DNA from: a virus
Virus record (IMG/VR): IMGVR_UViG_3300042876_000344
DNA length: 64,000 bases
Strand: one strand, 5' to 3'
The position numbers were made by a program, and so were the translations under genes. How positions within the stretch are numbered: the stretch's first letter is position 1; every line of letters starts with the position of its first letter. Positions 1 through 7,837 of this stretch are shown here, in pieces. The notes under the pieces are model-generated. The model searched no databases. It saw only the letters and a list, made by a program, of their open reading frames with translations, and was not told where the DNA came from.

Positions 1-240
1 GCAGTGAACGCCGACACGGTGGTGGAAATCAAAACCGGAGTGCCTCAGTCGTGGGTGAAGTACCAGCTTGCAGCCCAAGCCATGCTTTGCAACGTGCGGC
101 GGCGGGTGTGTGTCGAGTTGCCAGGGAACGGGAGGTACCGCGCGTACGATTTCAAGGCCGCTGATTTACGTCGAGACTTTGACGTTTTTCTGTCGGCACT
201 GACAGTGTATCGAGTGAGGAGAGAGGACAAGAATCTATGA
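1..240 (+). CDS. C-terminal part of a PD-(D/E)XK (Cas4/RecB-like) recombination exonuclease, truncated by the window edge
   Basis: Frame open from nt 1 to TGA 238-240. Peptide VVEIKTG...YQLAAQAM fits the ExK and QxxxY-type motifs of PD-(D/E)XK nucleases. ATGA overlap with the next gene. Sits beside a RecT-like gene. Confidence 0.5.
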   Translation, partial: AVNADTVVEIKTGVPQSWVKYQLAAQAMLCNVRRRVCVELPGNGRYRAYDFKAADLRRDFDVFLSALTVYRVRREDKNL

Positions 241-1031
241 GTCAGGAACTTCAGATGAGGGCGCTTACCCTCGTCGAACAGGCGAAGGCCCTGGTGGTGA
301 ACGACCAACAGAGTTACGCCGCGGCTGTTGAGTTGGCCGAAGGGTGCGGCAAGCTGATCGACACTGCGGAGCAGGCCCTGCGCCCGTCGGTGAAGAAGGC
401 GTACGACGCGTACAAGTCGATGCTGGGCGTTCTCCAGGGGGTGATTGACCCCGCCGGCGAGGCGAAGAAGCTGGCCGGCGGGAAAGCCGCCACGTGGAAA
501 CGGGAGGAGGAGCGCAAGTCCGCAGAGGAACGCCTCCGCAGGGAGGAAGCAGCACGGCAGGAGCACCTGCTACGTCTGCGCGAAGCGGAGGAGGAGCGGC
601 GCCGGATGCAGGCCCTGGCCGACGCTGAGGCAGCCGAGGCGGCGAAAGCAGCCGCGGCGAAGCTGGCGGCTGAGATCTCCTACGCAACGCAGCAGGGCGC
701 CACGCAGGACGAACTGCTGGCCATCGTGGAGACCCCCCTGGATGTCCCGCCGCCGGTCCAGGTTTATGTCCCGCCGCCCCGGTTCGTTCCGCCCCCGCCG
801 CCGCCGAAGCCGGTCAGTGTCGGAGGCGAATCGGGCCGGGTCACCTGGAAGGCCGAAGTGGTGGACGAGTTCGCCCTCATCAAGGCCGTTGCCGCCGGGA
901 CGGTGGACCGGTCGGTATTGTCGGTGAACCTGTCGGCACTGAATAAATTGGTGTCGATCACCAAAGAGCGCACGAATATCCCCGGCGTGCGCGCGTTCGA
1001 AGACATTTCATTCGTGAGAGGAAGGAAGTAA
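237..1031 (+). CDS. coiled-coil phage protein, possibly Mu Gam-like DNA-end-binding protein
   Basis: 264-aa ORF, ATGA-coupled. Helical N-terminus, E/R/A-rich coil and poly-Pro linker. C-terminus VTWKAEV...GVRAFEDISFV resembles the Gam C-terminus as I recall it; unverified. Confidence 0.55.
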   Translation: MSQELQMRALTLVEQAKALVVNDQQSYAAAVELAEGCGKLIDTAEQALRPSVKKAYDAYKSMLGVLQGVIDPAGEAKKLAGGKAATWKREEERKSAEERLRREEAARQEHLLRLREAEEERRRMQALADAEAAEAAKAAAAKLAAEISYATQQGATQDELLAIVETPLDVPPPVQVYVPPPRFVPPPPPPKPVSVGGESGRVTWKAEVVDEFALIKAVAAGTVDRSVLSVNLSALNKLVSITKERTNIPGVRAFEDISFVRGRK

Positions 1032-1033
1032 AC

Positions 1034-1762
1034 ATGGCAGAACCGAAACCAGTCCCGCCACCGCCAGCGCCGGCGCACCCCCAGGTGAATGCCGCGCCGC
1101 CGCCGCCGTCCTTGGTCGACCAGATGCTGGCCGCTGGCGATAACGCGGAAATTAAGCAGTACGTCGCCGACGAGGACCTGAGCCGGAAAATCGCTGGCAG
1201 CGCGTACTACTCGGACCTCACCAACAGCGCGCAAGCGATGGTGAAAATCCAACTGGGCCGCGACCTAGACATCAAGCCGATGGTCGCGATCCAGAGCATC
1301 TCCGTAGCCAACAACAAGGTGTCTATCAGCGCCGAGCTTCAGGCCGCGATGCTGAAGCGCGCCGGCTACTCCTGGAGGTTCATCCAGAACGATCTGGATG
1401 GCACGGAGATTGCGGTGTATTTCCAGGGGAAGCCGATCATGGACCTGAACCCCGATGGCACCGATCGGCCCGCGACGGTGCGCTGGGACCGGACGGATAG
1501 CGAACGGGCGCGGTTGCTGGAGCCCCGCGGCGCGAGCAAGATGCCCAGCGTCCATGAGTTGTATCCGAAGGACATGTGCTACTGGCGCTGCATCACCAGG
1601 TTCATGCGGAAGTATGCGCCGGAAGTGAGCAAGGGCATGACGCTGCTTACGCCTGACGAGATGTACGAGATCTCGACCCAGGACGTCGGCATTGATTACG
1701 AAGCGCGGACAGCCGAACTGCTGGCGGCCGCCGCGGAAAAGGAGAAGGCGAATGCCGGTTGA
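1034..1762 (+). CDS. RecT-like single-strand annealing protein (tentative)
   Basis: 242-aa ORF with AGGAAGGAAG upstream. Core LGRDLDIKPMVAIQSISVANNKVSISAELQAAMLKRAGY resembles the RecT-family core. Lies between the exonuclease and the SSB-tailed protein. Confidence 0.5.
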   Translation: MAEPKPVPPPPAPAHPQVNAAPPPPSLVDQMLAAGDNAEIKQYVADEDLSRKIAGSAYYSDLTNSAQAMVKIQLGRDLDIKPMVAIQSISVANNKVSISAELQAAMLKRAGYSWRFIQNDLDGTEIAVYFQGKPIMDLNPDGTDRPATVRWDRTDSERARLLEPRGASKMPSVHELYPKDMCYWRCITRFMRKYAPEVSKGMTLLTPDEMYEISTQDVGIDYEARTAELLAAAAEKEKANAG

Positions 1763-2222
1763 GGCAGATCGGAAGTACAAGGGAAAAATCGTGGAGGCGT
1801 TCGTCCCCGATGTGGGCAACGGCAAGCCCTGCCTCCACGTCGAAATCGAGACAGCCGTCGGCAACATCACGCATCGCATGTACCTGTCCCCGGCGGCACG
1901 GCAGTACACCGAAAAGGTGCTGCTGGAACTGGGGCTGGAGAACGCCCACCTCTCCAGCGAGGAATTCTGGGAGGACCCGATCCGGTGGATGCGGGACCTG
2001 GAGTGCAATATCGAGACGGAGTTGCACTCATACCAGGACGATAACGGCAACGACAGAGACGTGGTTCGGGTGAAGTGGCTCAACGGCCCGCGGCGCGAGA
2101 TCCTGCGGGCCCCAGTCGCGAAAGCGCGCGGGCTGGCCGGCCTGTTCCAACGGCCGAATTACGAGACGTCGGCAGCGCCACCACCGCCGCCGACGGGAGG
2201 TGATGATGACTTGCCATTTTGA
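1752..2222 (+). CDS. ssDNA-binding-like protein ending in an SSB-type acidic tip (GGDDDLPF)
   Basis: ATG 1752 follows GGAGAAGG and overlaps the RecT-like stop. C-terminus PPPPPTGGDDDLPF mimics the bacterial SSB C-terminal tip (DDDIPF). The N-terminus does not look like a canonical SSB OB-fold sequence. Confidence 0.6.
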   Translation: MPVEADRKYKGKIVEAFVPDVGNGKPCLHVEIETAVGNITHRMYLSPAARQYTEKVLLELGLENAHLSSEEFWEDPIRWMRDLECNIETELHSYQDDNGNDRDVVRVKWLNGPRREILRAPVAKARGLAGLFQRPNYETSAAPPPPPTGGDDDLPF

Positions 2223-2973
2223 GCACCTTGAGGTGAAGTTTACCGACGCCGAGAAGTTGGAGATGGGGCGGGACGTTGCGCGCCTGAACCAGGAGAAACG
2301 GCGCCTGGACCAGAAGCTGACGGAGATCAAGAAACAGTTGACGGGCGAGATCTCCGGGAAAGAAACAGAGATCGACCGGCTGATGGACCTGTTATCGAAC
2401 GGGTACGAGTATCGGCAGGTAGAATGTCGGATCGAATTGGACGTGCCAAGCCAGGGGAAGGCAAGCATTATCCGGATGGACACCAATGAAGTGGTCCGCG
2501 TTCGCCGGATGACCGACGAGGAGATGCAGATCCCCTTGCCGCTGGCCGAAGCCGCGCCTGTCGAGGAGCCCACTGTCGAGGAGCCCGAGCCCGAGCCGGA
2601 ACCGGAGCCGGAGGCCCCGCCCGTGGAGGTCGTCGAGGCGGAAATCGTGTGCGAGGTAGCCGGGCCGCTCCGCGAGTACTCGCACTCGAAAAATGGCGGC
2701 TCATGCTCGCTGATCGTCCACCAGGTCGACGGCGAGATCCGGATGAACTGGGTGGCCGACGCCGAAGGCGAGCATGCCGAGCAGTCCGGAGCCGGGAAAG
2801 CCTATCCTTCTGTCGTCGCCGCGGCGAAAGACGGGATGATCGCGATCTGGAACTGGGCGTATGCCCTCATCAATGCGACGACGAACCCGACGAAGCGGGC
2901 GGCGCTGCTGTCCGTGGTTGGGTTTGCATCGGACGGGGTGACAGCCCTCCGAAAAGAGGAGCCCCCGGAGTGA
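2206..2973 (+). CDS. hypothetical early protein (coiled-coil N-terminus, PEPE acidic linker)
   Basis: ORF 2200-2973. GGGAGG at 2195-2200 favours ATG 2206. Protein-like composition. Confidence 0.6.
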   Translation: MTCHFEHLEVKFTDAEKLEMGRDVARLNQEKRRLDQKLTEIKKQLTGEISGKETEIDRLMDLLSNGYEYRQVECRIELDVPSQGKASIIRMDTNEVVRVRRMTDEEMQIPLPLAEAAPVEEPTVEEPEPEPEPEPEAPPVEVVEAEIVCEVAGPLREYSHSKNGGSCSLIVHQVDGEIRMNWVADAEGEHAEQSGAGKAYPSVVAAAKDGMIAIWNWAYALINATTNPTKRAALLSVVGFASDGVTALRKEEPPE

Positions 2974-3215
2974 CATCGGACCTCACTCGCGGGTTTGCCA
3001 GTGGCGTTCTCGTGGCGATGCTGGTGTTTTCCAGTATCTGGTATCTCGCAGACCGCGCGCGGGGAGGCCAACGCCTCCCCGCTGACTGGCTGATATCGGC
3101 GCTGCATGCCATCGCGATGATGGCGAAAGCCGTGGCTGATGGCTTCGAATCAGCAGTGAAGGATTACCGCTACATGCGGAAACACTTTGGGAAGGAGTCG
3201 GGCCATGCCATGTAA
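2970..3215 (+). CDS. small membrane protein (hypothetical)
   Basis: GTG 2970 overlaps the upstream stop (GTGA), with GAGGAG 8 nt upstream. Hydrophobic segment GVLVAMLVFSSIWYL. Only the 3' third of track ORF 2649-3215 looks coding. Confidence 0.45.
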   Translation: MTSDLTRGFASGVLVAMLVFSSIWYLADRARGGQRLPADWLISALHAIAMMAKAVADGFESAVKDYRYMRKHFGKESGHAM

Positions 3216-3450
3216 CCTAAAGCCGCTACCAGGCGGAGGCCATGCCATCGTTTGCACGCGCGGGCGACGGCCCATCGTGTGCGTTACGTGTCGCCGTCCT
3301 GGCAACATCTTGTGCGACTATCCGGTGACACGCGACGGGAAACCCGGCACGTGTGACCGGCCATGCTGCCGCCAGCATGCGGTATCAGTTGGGCCGAATC
3401 GCGATTACTGCTTGGCGCATGCGAATCTTTCGGAGGCTGCCAATGGCTGA
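3205..3450 (+). CDS. Cys-rich (zinc-finger-like) small protein
   Basis: ATG 3205 lies 7 nt after GAAGGAG. Contains CxxC and multiple Cys/His (CVTCRRPGNILC...CDRPCCRQH). Stop overlaps the next start (ATGGCTGA). Confidence 0.5.
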   Translation: MPCNLKPLPGGGHAIVCTRGRRPIVCVTCRRPGNILCDYPVTRDGKPGTCDRPCCRQHAVSVGPNRDYCLAHANLSEAANG

Positions 3451-4363
3451 CAAGTCCTCTATTGAGTGGACCGACGCGACATGGTCCCCCTTCCGCGGCT
3501 GCACCCGGATCTCCCCTGGCTGCCAGAACTGCTATGCCGAGCGCATGGCAGCGCGCAATTTGCTAGGGCACAGATCACCCACGACGGGCAATCCGTTCGC
3601 CAACATGACGCAGGGTGGGCCGCGCTGGACGGGCAAGGTGGAGTTGATCGAGAGCCAGATGAATGCGCCCCTTCGCTGGCGCAGGCCGCGCCGGATATTT
3701 GTCAATTCGATGAGCGATACGTTCCACGAGCGCGTGTCCGTTGAGTGGATTGAACGCGTTTTCGCGGTGGCGTCAGTGTGCCAGCAGCACACGTTCATTA
3801 TGCTCACGAAAAGGTCAAAGCGCCTGCGCGAGTATCACGCCGAAGATCTCATGGGGCGCGGGGCAAGGCATCGCGTCTATAACCGCGCGTACGCCCTCGG
3901 GGCAATCTGGCAGCGGAGTCCCTCCGTAGGCTGGCCGCTCCGCAATATCCACATGGGCATCTCCGCTGAGGATCAACCGCGCTTCGATGAGCGAGTTGAA
4001 GATCTGCGCGCAACGCCCGCCGCCGTCCGCTGGCTCTCAATGGAGCCGCTACTTGGCCCCATTGATCTGGCTGGCCGGCTGGACGGCATCCACTGGGTTG
4101 TCGTCGGCGGCGAGTCTGGACCGGGCGCGCGGCCAGTCCAAAAGGATTGGGTGCGATCCATCCGGAACGCGTGCGTTGAGGCTGGCGTGCCGTTTTTCTT
4201 CAAGCAGTGGGGAGAATATCTCCCTCCAATGACGGATGGCGCGATCACAGATAACGGGCAGGTCCTGAACTGCTCCGATGTGCCAGTGCGTATCGGAAAG
4301 TCTCGCGCTGGGGCATCGCTTGATGGGCGCGAGTGGCGCGAACTGCCGGAGGCTGCGCGATGA
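3443..4363 (+). CDS. phage Gp37/Gp68 family protein (DUF5131-like)
   Basis: N-terminus MADKSSIEWTDATWSPFRGCTRISPGCQNCYAERMA is the hallmark start of the Gp37/Gp68 family. About 306 aa. Confidence 0.8.
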   Translation: MADKSSIEWTDATWSPFRGCTRISPGCQNCYAERMAARNLLGHRSPTTGNPFANMTQGGPRWTGKVELIESQMNAPLRWRRPRRIFVNSMSDTFHERVSVEWIERVFAVASVCQQHTFIMLTKRSKRLREYHAEDLMGRGARHRVYNRAYALGAIWQRSPSVGWPLRNIHMGISAEDQPRFDERVEDLRATPAAVRWLSMEPLLGPIDLAGRLDGIHWVVVGGESGPGARPVQKDWVRSIRNACVEAGVPFFFKQWGEYLPPMTDGAITDNGQVLNCSDVPVRIGKSRAGASLDGREWRELPEAAR

Positions 4364-5106
4364 GCCCCCGCCAACGTGCCGAGGCCATCATGGCCATCTC
4401 GCCCCGGCCCGCCTGCTTCAATGAGGCGTGGTGGGTGGAGCAGATCACCAGCGCCATCCAGGCGGCCATCAAGGATCTACTCGCCTCCGTAGTCGTGGGG
4501 GCCACCATGGACGGCAATGTGCGCGTGCGGGTGGGCGACTATGAGCAGGTAGTTGAGATCCGAACTGCGCAGCAACAGGCCCTCGCCGCCGCGCTGGAAG
4601 ACCTCGCCGCCGTGACTGCCGAGCGGGACGGGTTAGCCGACGAACTACGCAAGACGCACAAACTCCTGGGCGAGACGCAGGAGCGGTACGAAGCCGCGCT
4701 GGAGGAGAAGCGGGCGGAACTGGCGAAGGTAACCAAAGAGCGCGACGAACTGCGCGCGGAACTCGACACTTGCCCCGACTGCGAGGGCGAGGGGTACATC
4801 GAGAGCATCGGGTCCGACAATTACCCGGAGTCGGTTAGATGCGAGCATAAGGGGCTCAAGGCGGCGGAACTGGCGGCGGTCGCGCGGGAGCGGGACGGGC
4901 TTGCGGCGGCGCTGGCAACAGCTCTCCATCGCATGTCGTGTACCGTAAATCACTGCAAAGAGTGCTATGCCTACAGATTGTACAGCAGGCCGTCTGATGT
5001 CCTCGCCGCCCACGACCGCGCAGTCGCGGCGCGGGTGCTGCGGAGAGAAGCCGAGGGGCATTTTAAGGATGAGGGCTATTCGGATCTGAGTGTAGGTGTT
5101 CGCTAG
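4360..5106 (+). CDS. coiled-coil protein with CPDCEGEG zinc-knuckle-like motif (hypothetical)
   Basis: ATGA overlap with the upstream stop. Long heptad-like E/L/A/R region. Confidence 0.6.
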   Translation: MSPRQRAEAIMAISPRPACFNEAWWVEQITSAIQAAIKDLLASVVVGATMDGNVRVRVGDYEQVVEIRTAQQQALAAALEDLAAVTAERDGLADELRKTHKLLGETQERYEAALEEKRAELAKVTKERDELRAELDTCPDCEGEGYIESIGSDNYPESVRCEHKGLKAAELAAVARERDGLAAALATALHRMSCTVNHCKECYAYRLYSRPSDVLAAHDRAVAARVLRREAEGHFKDEGYSDLSVGVR

Positions 5107-5174
5107 GTGTTCGCTAATGATGCAACAGCGTCAAACTTCGGATTTGAGTGTTGACAACCACACTGGAATCCGAT
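5079..5174. repeat. three copies of a 15-bp motif (ACACNNNAATCCGAA and its reverse complement), two of them forming an imperfect palindrome around a -35 box
   Basis: TTCGGATCTGAGTGT at 5079-5093. TTCGGATTTGAGTGT at 5137-5151. ACACTGGAATCCGA at 5160-5173. Confidence 0.7.
5094..5115. repeat. exact 11-bp tandem duplication AGGTGTTCGCT x2 spanning the stop codon of gene 4360-5106
   Basis: Units at 5094-5104 and 5105-5115, read directly. Confidence 0.8.
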
Positions 5175-5179
5175 ATTGT
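5151..5179 (+). promoter_or_regulatory. sigma70-like promoter TTGACA-17 nt-TATTGT, with ATG 6 nt after the -10 (leaderless candidate)
   Basis: -35 at 5151-5156 and -10 at 5174-5179. ATG 5186 has no room for an SD. Flanked by the palindromic motif copies. Confidence 0.4.
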
Positions 5180-5185
5180 AAAAGC

Positions 5186-5464
5186 ATGACAAGTACAAGG
5201 ATCGACGCCAAAACGATGAAAGGTGAGATCCGAGTTCGCCGTGGCTACGACATTCGGGTTGACTCGAAGACTGGACAGAAGACGGAGGTTTCCCCCGTCG
5301 TTTGTATGTGCTGCCAGAAGGACATCTTTCACGTCTCTGAACTTATCAATGGCGACATCGTTGGACCGGGATGCGACGGACTCATTGCCTGTCCGGTGTA
5401 TCGGATTGGCCGCACGCTCAACAGGAAGCAAGCCGCATACGCTTCATCAAGGGGGTTGCTATGA
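5186..5464 (+). CDS. hypothetical small protein (CxxC-containing), first gene of the lower-GC island
   Basis: In-frame ATG 5186 inside track ORF 5096-5464, directly downstream of the predicted promoter. Stop overlaps the next start. Confidence 0.45.
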   Translation: MTSTRIDAKTMKGEIRVRRGYDIRVDSKTGQKTEVSPVVCMCCQKDIFHVSELINGDIVGPGCDGLIACPVYRIGRTLNRKQAAYASSRGLL

Positions 5465-5628
5465 CCGAGCAGGAAGTCGAGCTGATTATAGACAAATTGC
5501 GGGAAGCCGAGAGCATGGTGATCTCGGCCCTCTTGGACGACAGGAAGCGGGATAGCTGGGGGGCGTTGGACGAGTGTAAAGTTCTGATTTGGAAGGCAAT
5601 GGACCAAGCGGGAGACGCAGCACGATGA
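5461..5628 (+). CDS. hypothetical small protein
   Basis: ATG 5461 overlaps the upstream stop. Peptide MTEQEVELIIDKLREAESMV... is helical and protein-like. Confidence 0.5.
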   Translation: MTEQEVELIIDKLREAESMVISALLDDRKRDSWGALDECKVLIWKAMDQAGDAAR

Positions 5629-5804
5629 GTTGGGAAGCGTGGGGCAGCGGCCCGGAACCATTCGACGTTGACAAACTGTATCGGGAAGGGTGGGATTGCG
5701 ATGAGAGTTGTGTGGTGTGGTTCAAGGAGGAGGAGCCGGAGAAAGTCTACACACTGGATGAGGCAATCCAAATCTATGAGGATTGGCTATCAAATGAGGA
5801 GTAA
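5625..5804 (+). CDS. hypothetical small acidic protein
   Basis: ATGA coupling at 5625. MSWEAWGSGPEPFDVDKLYREGWDCDES... Confidence 0.5.
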   Translation: MSWEAWGSGPEPFDVDKLYREGWDCDESCVVWFKEEEPEKVYTLDEAIQIYEDWLSNEE

Positions 5805-5808
5805 CTCT

Positions 5809-6147
5809 ATGACGAGAGTCGTCGAGGTAAAGCCGGGTATTGAGATGCGGATTCGTGGCCTCCGATGGGATGACGGCTGGAGGTACGGCTCCCCGGTGGC
5901 ACTCATAGACCCCGTTCTGAAAGTGTACGAGGACGGACGGAGCCTAGAAAGGGCAATCGAAGACCTGTGTATTGATGCGTGTGTTTGCGGCGTACTGAAA
6001 GATGAGGAAGCATGGCGATGGGAAGCGGCTCCGGGTGGGTCCTTGGCCTACCTCAGACGCAAGTTTTACCGCACGCATGTCCAGCGAGTTGATTGTAAGG
6101 TGCGGTTCATTGTTGACGACGACGGAGAGTTGTGGTGGGAGGCGTAA
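5809..6147 (+). CDS. hypothetical protein
   Basis: GAGGAG lies 8 nt upstream of ATG 5809. MTRVVEVKPGIEMRIRGLRWDDGW... Confidence 0.55.
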   Translation: MTRVVEVKPGIEMRIRGLRWDDGWRYGSPVALIDPVLKVYEDGRSLERAIEDLCIDACVCGVLKDEEAWRWEAAPGGSLAYLRRKFYRTHVQRVDCKVRFIVDDDGELWWEA

Positions 6148-6551
6148 TGGGTATGTTTGCGCCGGGTAGAAGCGAGACGGTGAACTACCACTATTGGCCG
6201 ATCCGATTCGGCTGGTCTAGTGGGCCATACCAGCAAACACTTTGGCGGTGGGTTAGAAGGGCTATCGACAGCAGGCGGTGGACCCTCGATTACCCACACC
6301 GATACACTTGCCTGTCGTCGCTGGAAATTCACAGGGCTGCTGCCCGTCGAATGTGGCACGGTTGGCCCATCGGGGGCAGTTCAAGGGAGTATGGCTGGAC
6401 GCTTCACCTTGGACGGTTTAAGGTGTACTTCGGAGATCCGGACACCACACGGCAATCCGAAATCAGTACTAATGGTCCATCCACACCGCAATCCGAAGTT
6501 GGTAAACTGGCTTCATGCCAAACAGACTCGGACTCAAGGACTGGAAAGTGA
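6147..6551 (+). CDS. hypothetical protein; its 3' end runs through motif copies and overlaps the transposase start
   Basis: ATG 6147 shares a base with the upstream TAA. Trp-rich. The last ~35 codons are encoded by the repeat-containing segment and may not be native. Confidence 0.4.
   Translation: MGMFAPGRSETVNYHYWPIRFGWSSGPYQQTLWRWVRRAIDSRRWTLDYPHRYTCLSSLEIHRAAARRMWHGWPIGGSSREYGWTLHLGRFKVYFGDPDTTRQSEISTNGPSTPQSEVGKLASCQTDSDSRTGK
6447..6497. repeat. two direct copies of the 15-bp motif upstream of the transposase ATG
   Basis: ACACGGCAATCCGAA at 6447-6461. ACACCGCAATCCGAA at 6483-6497. Confidence 0.7.
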
Positions 6552-7837
6552 CGAACGTCGAAGAAAGCACAACAGACATGAGGGTGACGGCAGAGTACAC
6601 GCCGCCACCCACGGCCTGCCCTCGCTGTGGGTTGGCCGACCAGCCGCTCTACAAGCACGATGTCCGCACTCAGGAGTTCATGGATACCCCGCTCCACGGA
6701 AAGCGGGTCCATTTGATCGTGAGACGCCAGCGGTACGTCTGCCAAGGGTGCGAGAAAACCTTCCAGCAGATCCTTCCTGATATGGAGGAAGACCGCACGA
6801 TGACGAAGCGACTGGTGTCGTACATCAAGCGTCTATCGCTGGAAAAGAAGTTCACTGAGATTGCTGATGAGGTTGGAGTCAACGAGAAGACCGTCCGCAA
6901 CCTATTCAAAGAGCACGTCGAAAGGCTCGATTCCGAGCGGGTCATCACGGCCCCGGAGTGGCTTGGCGTGGATGAGCTTCACATATTGGGTGACTTTCGG
7001 GCGATGCTCACAGCCCCCGGCGAGAAGAAGATTCTTGACCTTCTGGAGAAACGAGACAAGGCTACCGTTCTCAAGTGGATGCTGGCCCTGCCCAACCGGA
7101 AGAACGTCAAGGTGGTGACGATGGACATGCACCGCCCGTACCGGGAAGCTGCGTTGGCAGCGTTTCCGAATGCCGCCTGTGTGGTGGATGTATTCCACGT
7201 CGTCAGGATGGCAAACAAAGCGGCGGATTCGCTCCGCATCGCACTCAAGGATGAACTGGACCCGAAGGTACGCCGGAAGATCAAGCGTGATCGGTGGATC
7301 ATTCAGGCACGTCGCAGGAACCTGAAGGCTGGCGACGTAATCATGCTGCATTCGTGGGATCGGGTAGTTCCGATGCTCTCGGCAGCATACCGGGCAAAGG
7401 AAGACTTCTACGACATCTACGAAAAGGCCAAGGACCGGGCGGAAGCTCTTGAACTGTGGGACTTGTGGCTGGAGATGTTGGAGCCGGAACTGAAGAAGCC
7501 CTTCAGTGAACTGATCCGGGCTGTGACGAACTGGAAGCCCGAAATCTTCAACTTCTTCGACTACCGGGGCAAGACCAACGCCTACACGGAAGCGATCAAT
7601 AGCGTCATTCGAGCCATCAACCGTGCTGGTCGTGGCTATAGCCTCGACGCCATCAGAGCCAAGGTGTTGTACGGCGGCAAGAAGCGGCAGACGGACACCG
7701 AGTACCAGAAGGTCGCCTTGTCGATGAAGATCAAGCGGCCCAAGGTGGACACAACTTATCGGGTGGACCCGGAGACAGTGCTCCATGTGGACAAACCACC
7801 CAAACCAAAGAAGAAGACAAGAAAGTATGAGAAATGA
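6515..7837 (+). CDS. ISL3-family DDE transposase (apparently intact)
   Basis: 440 aa. N-terminal zinc finger CPRCG...CQGCEK. HTH region. DDE-type core blocks VTMDMHRPY, VVDVFH and TNAYTEAINSVIRAINR, typical of ISL3 transposases. Confidence 0.9.
   Translation: MPNRLGLKDWKVTNVEESTTDMRVTAEYTPPPTACPRCGLADQPLYKHDVRTQEFMDTPLHGKRVHLIVRRQRYVCQGCEKTFQQILPDMEEDRTMTKRLVSYIKRLSLEKKFTEIADEVGVNEKTVRNLFKEHVERLDSERVITAPEWLGVDELHILGDFRAMLTAPGEKKILDLLEKRDKATVLKWMLALPNRKNVKVVTMDMHRPYREAALAAFPNAACVVDVFHVVRMANKAADSLRIALKDELDPKVRRKIKRDRWIIQARRRNLKAGDVIMLHSWDRVVPMLSAAYRAKEDFYDIYEKAKDRAEALELWDLWLEMLEPELKKPFSELIRAVTNWKPEIFNFFDYRGKTNAYTEAINSVIRAINRAGRGYSLDAIRAKVLYGGKKRQTDTEYQKVALSMKIKRPKVDTTYRVDPETVLHVDKPPKPKKKTRKYEK

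Noticed and set aside
45-687. Long antisense or alternate-frame ORFs (for example 45-566, 265-687, 9180-9812, 16304-16987, 50723-51625, 61799-62581)
   Set aside because: Their translations are Arg/Pro/Gly/Ser-rich, typical of off-frame reading in high-GC DNA. They overlap better-supported genes and have no RBS or coupling.
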